A program made the position numbers and the translations under genes. Positions 62,701 to 64,000 of a stretch of DNA of 64,000 nt are shown here, piece by piece (within the stretch, counting starts at the first letter, position 1; every line of letters starts with the position of its first letter). The DNA is from a virus (Duplodnaviria > Caudoviricetes), in the IMG/VR virus record IMGVR_UViG_3300031992_000070, positions 1-64,000 of that record. One strand, 5' to 3'. The notes beneath the pieces are model-generated. The model was not told where the DNA came from, made no database searches, and saw only the letters and a list, made by a program, of their open reading frames with translations.

Positions 62701-63526
62701 CTGCGTAACCCTTTTCTTTCCATTGTGCGCTTTCCCTAATCGCTTGCGCTTGCTTGCGAATTTCTTCTGTGTATCTTTGCGCGGATTGTGTAGCGGTGCT
62801 ATATGATGTTGATTGATTTTGCAATTCTGACTGTCCCTTTTTAAATTGCTCGTTCAGTTGAGCAAGTTCAGGATTTACTTTTTGCAGACTATTTACATAG
62901 TTTTGAATTGTATGGCCTTGCGGTGCAATAACATCACCCATCTGCTGAATGGCGTTTTGCAATCCTCTAATCTGCGGTATAAGCGTGCGAACCTCGTCGC
63001 CATATTTATGCACACCTTCGGTTGCAAACTGATATAATCCCTTATCACCAGTTTTTGTTGCACTTGATGCCATAGCAACAAACGAAGAGTATTGTTGACG
63101 GGCTTCACGTAGCCGTTCACGCAATAAGTCAAGTTGTATATTCATTGTTTGCAATGTATCCGCATTGCGTATGCTACCAGCATCTCCAGTACGGACAGAT
63201 ACCTGACTTGCTTTTCTTATCGCAGCGGCCTGTTGGTCGAGTGTTGTGTTATATTCTTTTGCAATTTGATTGTTACGCTGAATAACCTCGCCTTCTTGCG
63301 AGAAAAGTTTTGCACGTCTTGAACTACCACCGTCAGCAGTGCCTCCAGAATCAATTTTGATATTACCAAGGTTCTTGATGGCTTTCTCCATACGACCAAC
63401 CTCAGACGTAAAGTTGTCTGCCATAACCTTTGTTTTTTCGGCTACCATCGACACAAGCTTATTGATAGACTGCTCAAGTTGAGAACTATCAAGACTCGCA
63501 GCTATAATTGTTGCACTATCTGCCAT
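56708..63526 (-). CDS. Tail tape measure protein
   Basis: 2272 aa, helical; AKQLTAYDI..LGQIKA..DARMFANAGIPLVKQL tape-measure domain. Confidence 0.92.
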   Translation of the reverse strand: MADSATIIAASLDSSQLEQSINKLVSMVAEKTKVMADNFTSEVGRMEKAIKNLGNIKIDSGGTADGGSSRRAKLFSQEGEVIQRNNQIAKEYNTTLDQQAAAIRKASQVSVRTGDAGSIRNADTLQTMNIQLDLLRERLREARQQYSSFVAMASSATKTGDKGLYQFATEGVHKYGDEVRTLIPQIRGLQNAIQQMGDVIAPQGHTIQNYVNSLQKVNPELAQLNEQFKKGQSELQNQSTSYSTATQSAQRYTEEIRKQAQAIRESAQWKEKGYAVVNGVSVYNLEKDTTPLKSRIALEEQLLQLHKSEQSSMLQQAAEEEKVAQATRLTGEELKKIYQDQKKVNEEINKRASGIRSGGTTPFQSYDSLRQSIASVLGIQEQQVKMADAEKDSYNKLASTLKQLKQAYDTLGKSDRNSDQGKTLVASMHEVERAMQKIRSQAARPVSLESIIGINGKGGLSEKTLDDIAYKMQRLSSLRSGLNVETQKKEISTVNAEYDRLKKKMDDVMQKNQQMIGSNNALGRSWNYMKNRLAFYFTVGASTAFIKNLIEVRSQYEMNERALGILINSAERGTQIFNELSQMALVSPYTLIELSNAAKQLTAYDIAAKDVVDTTRRLADMASAVGVPMERLTYALGQIKAYGYLNSRDARMFANAGIPLVKQLSDYYTELEGKMVSTADVYDRMKKKAIDYNSVMSVITKMTDEGGKFFDFQAKMADTLKVRLANLTLAWNNMLNDMGKETQGVLTWSIGALRSLFLQWKNLYGALNEVALVFGVAKALQFLGVCAHAAGIGFGSLNKYMTLNSLLGTRLAATVRTLGSAFMSLVRSPLAWFTMAALLVTEIGDAFINADRATKEFNKSLRDGAKTTYEDLKKFAEQYKNVRDSLYTTQKTAIGNIYDPSTGKAAATAYANQTVGQDISASEAKKVWEAMREQIELSSHASDEYISKLLSIENVSERLRQGFQILDDIQTVSAALKEIGEDGIKVTQSWAAWWNAWQGADGLIGNVKDLQKEIQRLQDAGQDPNDKFTKVIDKDYATALERFRKDLKVTTDSVIDFINLNGWSGDTGKIDEVFKQVTDRLATQSNLDPQTAFTLQREVEVARAKAAKEALEIRIADEKNALATASDEISKQQIQKNLETLEQQKRDFDKFNGENRAYWNDFTKYIKERHISELTAAYNSMTDHGKKAMDFQSEEWQKRVHDWANRYEKSHNLATDSVFNRLKNWINDANTWSVFIKMTISTEDGKSVYKQLEEYDKAADDAWKTMQRLDKRISQLRKKGAKEVEGAETGAVDLSRVSQDDRELTEALKERTQAQKDYNKAVEKGGESKKENTAASKAQKAAESELTKALKDELQLIDRVRSQYKKLVDAGANSGDALTKITNQFGNSIARINSILGKNNIPLFDISKFAGTDNPHALLDMLKLQLDSAKIAKNIKPEEIKELEVKYSEVDVDADAYDLTKITKGLNNELDRLKDEYELAVSLDADPELGNMFADWMGIDVNDLPRTASEYAERASKILNSKLSELGAKTELPNVLDITDDYLRAFEENKTFTDAQLELVKKAVEAARGFQRKETEERIKDWDKLLEKYAEYETKISKIQNDAVKERVTFAQQFGRNEDEKSLALNLQTQILAATDPQEKQKLIEQLQNLVKNIAGDDNAKLNIVTAIDNSQEQGIAKENFEAFQKSPEWIIATGELANMSKSAISMLISEIESYKKTAKGLDGNQIIKINKALRNLYKEQRKDNPFGYIGNMLDRAKEKMELFDEEIEKTKNEIEQLSKIEALNIANGIADEKTQSKLKEARDKLKKLNEEREKFGKVDATAWVGSIYETVNAVKSAISVFDDLAKSISGVDTSDVDRLFSVIESAGKGASTGAQVGGAYGAIIGGIAGAASSIIRWASEASNEAINKQVTQIQRQIDRLAVSYNKLKRAIEDSYGADDIGLKKLQLTNKQLELDDVKRQLTLERSRDNKDKDFEKISNLEDKVDELEREVSNAAKNVAKELVDISDSQDWAENLVDSMIDAFKKGEKYMDAYKDSFNEMIDSMVSKSIVSKLIGDRIEEMLKDISERAELRASLDENVLDAKTAMDKAYVAYEAIMAFAQDRDLYVSDDVIERVKKSYEEAKEKYAKAYSDAARPRPEDIQSIRDTSASWRSDVQNEFKEYMELFGIEFGSEKDKEKLSSLKQGIQGITEDTAGALEAYMNGVSQQVYYQSDILTQIRDILIGGDADIQLGVQGQMLLQLQQSFQVQMAIQSILEGWSSPNGLAVRVEMA

Positions 63527-63547
63527 ACTTATTTAGAGTTAAAATTG

Positions 63548-63937
63548 TTATTCTTTCTTCTTTTTCTTCTTGCCTTTGTTGACGGGGATTTCCATTTCCT
63601 CGCCAGCTTTCAGCTGCTTTGTATTTCCGAGACCACCCATGAACTTTTCAAGTTGCTTCTGTGCCTCGTATGCGTCCTTATATCCGTTCCAAGCCTTCTT
63701 GTCTGTGCCCTTCAAATACTTGGTGTGCGTGTTGTCAACGGCCATAAACTGAATCTGTGCAATGCTCAGACGATACAGATAGTCGTCTAATCGGTATTGG
63801 GTGAAGGCTCGGAGGAAGTCGCTTGCGTCTGCAATGACAGTGCTTCCATAAACAGTGATGCTGTCTCCTCCGATTTCTTCTTCCGCATCAGAAGTGAATC
63901 CGTAAGCGTACTCACCGATTTTTTGAGTAAAAAAAAA
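63548..63937 (-). CDS. Tail assembly chaperone GT (-1 frameshift product portion)
   Basis: Entered from the G frame at the T9 slippery run; lies just upstream of the tape measure gene. Confidence 0.75.
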   Translation of the reverse strand, partial: FFFTQKIGEYAYGFTSDAEEEIGGDSITVYGSTVIADASDFLRAFTQYRLDDYLYRLSIAQIQFMAVDNTHTKYLKGTDKKAWNGYKDAYEAQKQLEKFMGGLGNTKQLKAGEEMEIPVNKGKKKKKKE

Positions 63938-64000
63938 CCACTCAAGTCGATTGACTTTATCGCACCTAGAACTACCGCAGCCCACTGGTTCGTGTCAAAC
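63787..64000 (-). CDS. Tail assembly chaperone G, 5' partial
   Basis: Open frame FDTNQWAAVVLGAIKSIDLSGFFLLKK..NTD* running from the window edge. Confidence 0.75.
   Translation of the reverse strand, partial: FDTNQWAAVVLGAIKSIDLSGFFLLKKSVSTLTDSLLMRKKKSEETASLFMEALSLQTQATSSEPSPNTD

Noticed and set aside
63938-63985. Independent start (MGCGSS..) for the 145-aa ORF
   Set aside because: Better explained as the -1 frame of the G/GT chaperone; the upstream G frame is open to the window edge.
1-64000. CRISPR array, diversity-generating retroelement or stop-codon reassignment
   Set aside because: No regularly spaced repeats, no reverse transcriptase or TR/VR pair. Long genes (tape measure, dnaN, RecT) are intact in code 11 with TAA, TAG and TGA all used as stops.

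Overview
A 64-kb piece of a large long-tailed dsDNA phage. It has a 2272-aa tape measure gene, a G/GT tail-chaperone frameshift and a tail fibre with a chaperone domain. Recurrent TAnnTTTG promoters and A-rich, SD-less translation starts point to a Bacteroidota host (Prevotella/Bacteroides-like; inference). Layout: end of a + strand tail operon and a self-contained Gly-rich-protein module (1-6.9 kb); a long - strand block (6.9-45 kb) with RuvC-like resolvase, beta clamp, dUTPase, RecT/YqaJ, PAP2 phosphatase, PI-PLC-like protein, serine resolvase, AAA+/vWA pair, homing endonucleases and many small early ORFs; an AT-rich divergence region (45-46.2 kb); a + strand replication/methylation block (46.3-55.5 kb); and - strand tail genes (55.6-64 kb). 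The most striking content is non-coding. It includes a ~260-nt RNA that appears to rebuild the 23S rRNA GTPase-associated centre (H42-H44, the L11/L10 site) with compensatory substitutions and a 169-nt insertion, and four tRNA-like RNAs with remodelled arms. It also includes a ~450-nt ornate RNA, a hammerhead ribozyme, and a leader RNA motif shared by two unrelated endonuclease genes. The cytosine methyltransferase is split into 8 overlapping ORFs. All RNA structures were folded by eye and rRNA/Pfam comparisons are from memory; no database searches were run.
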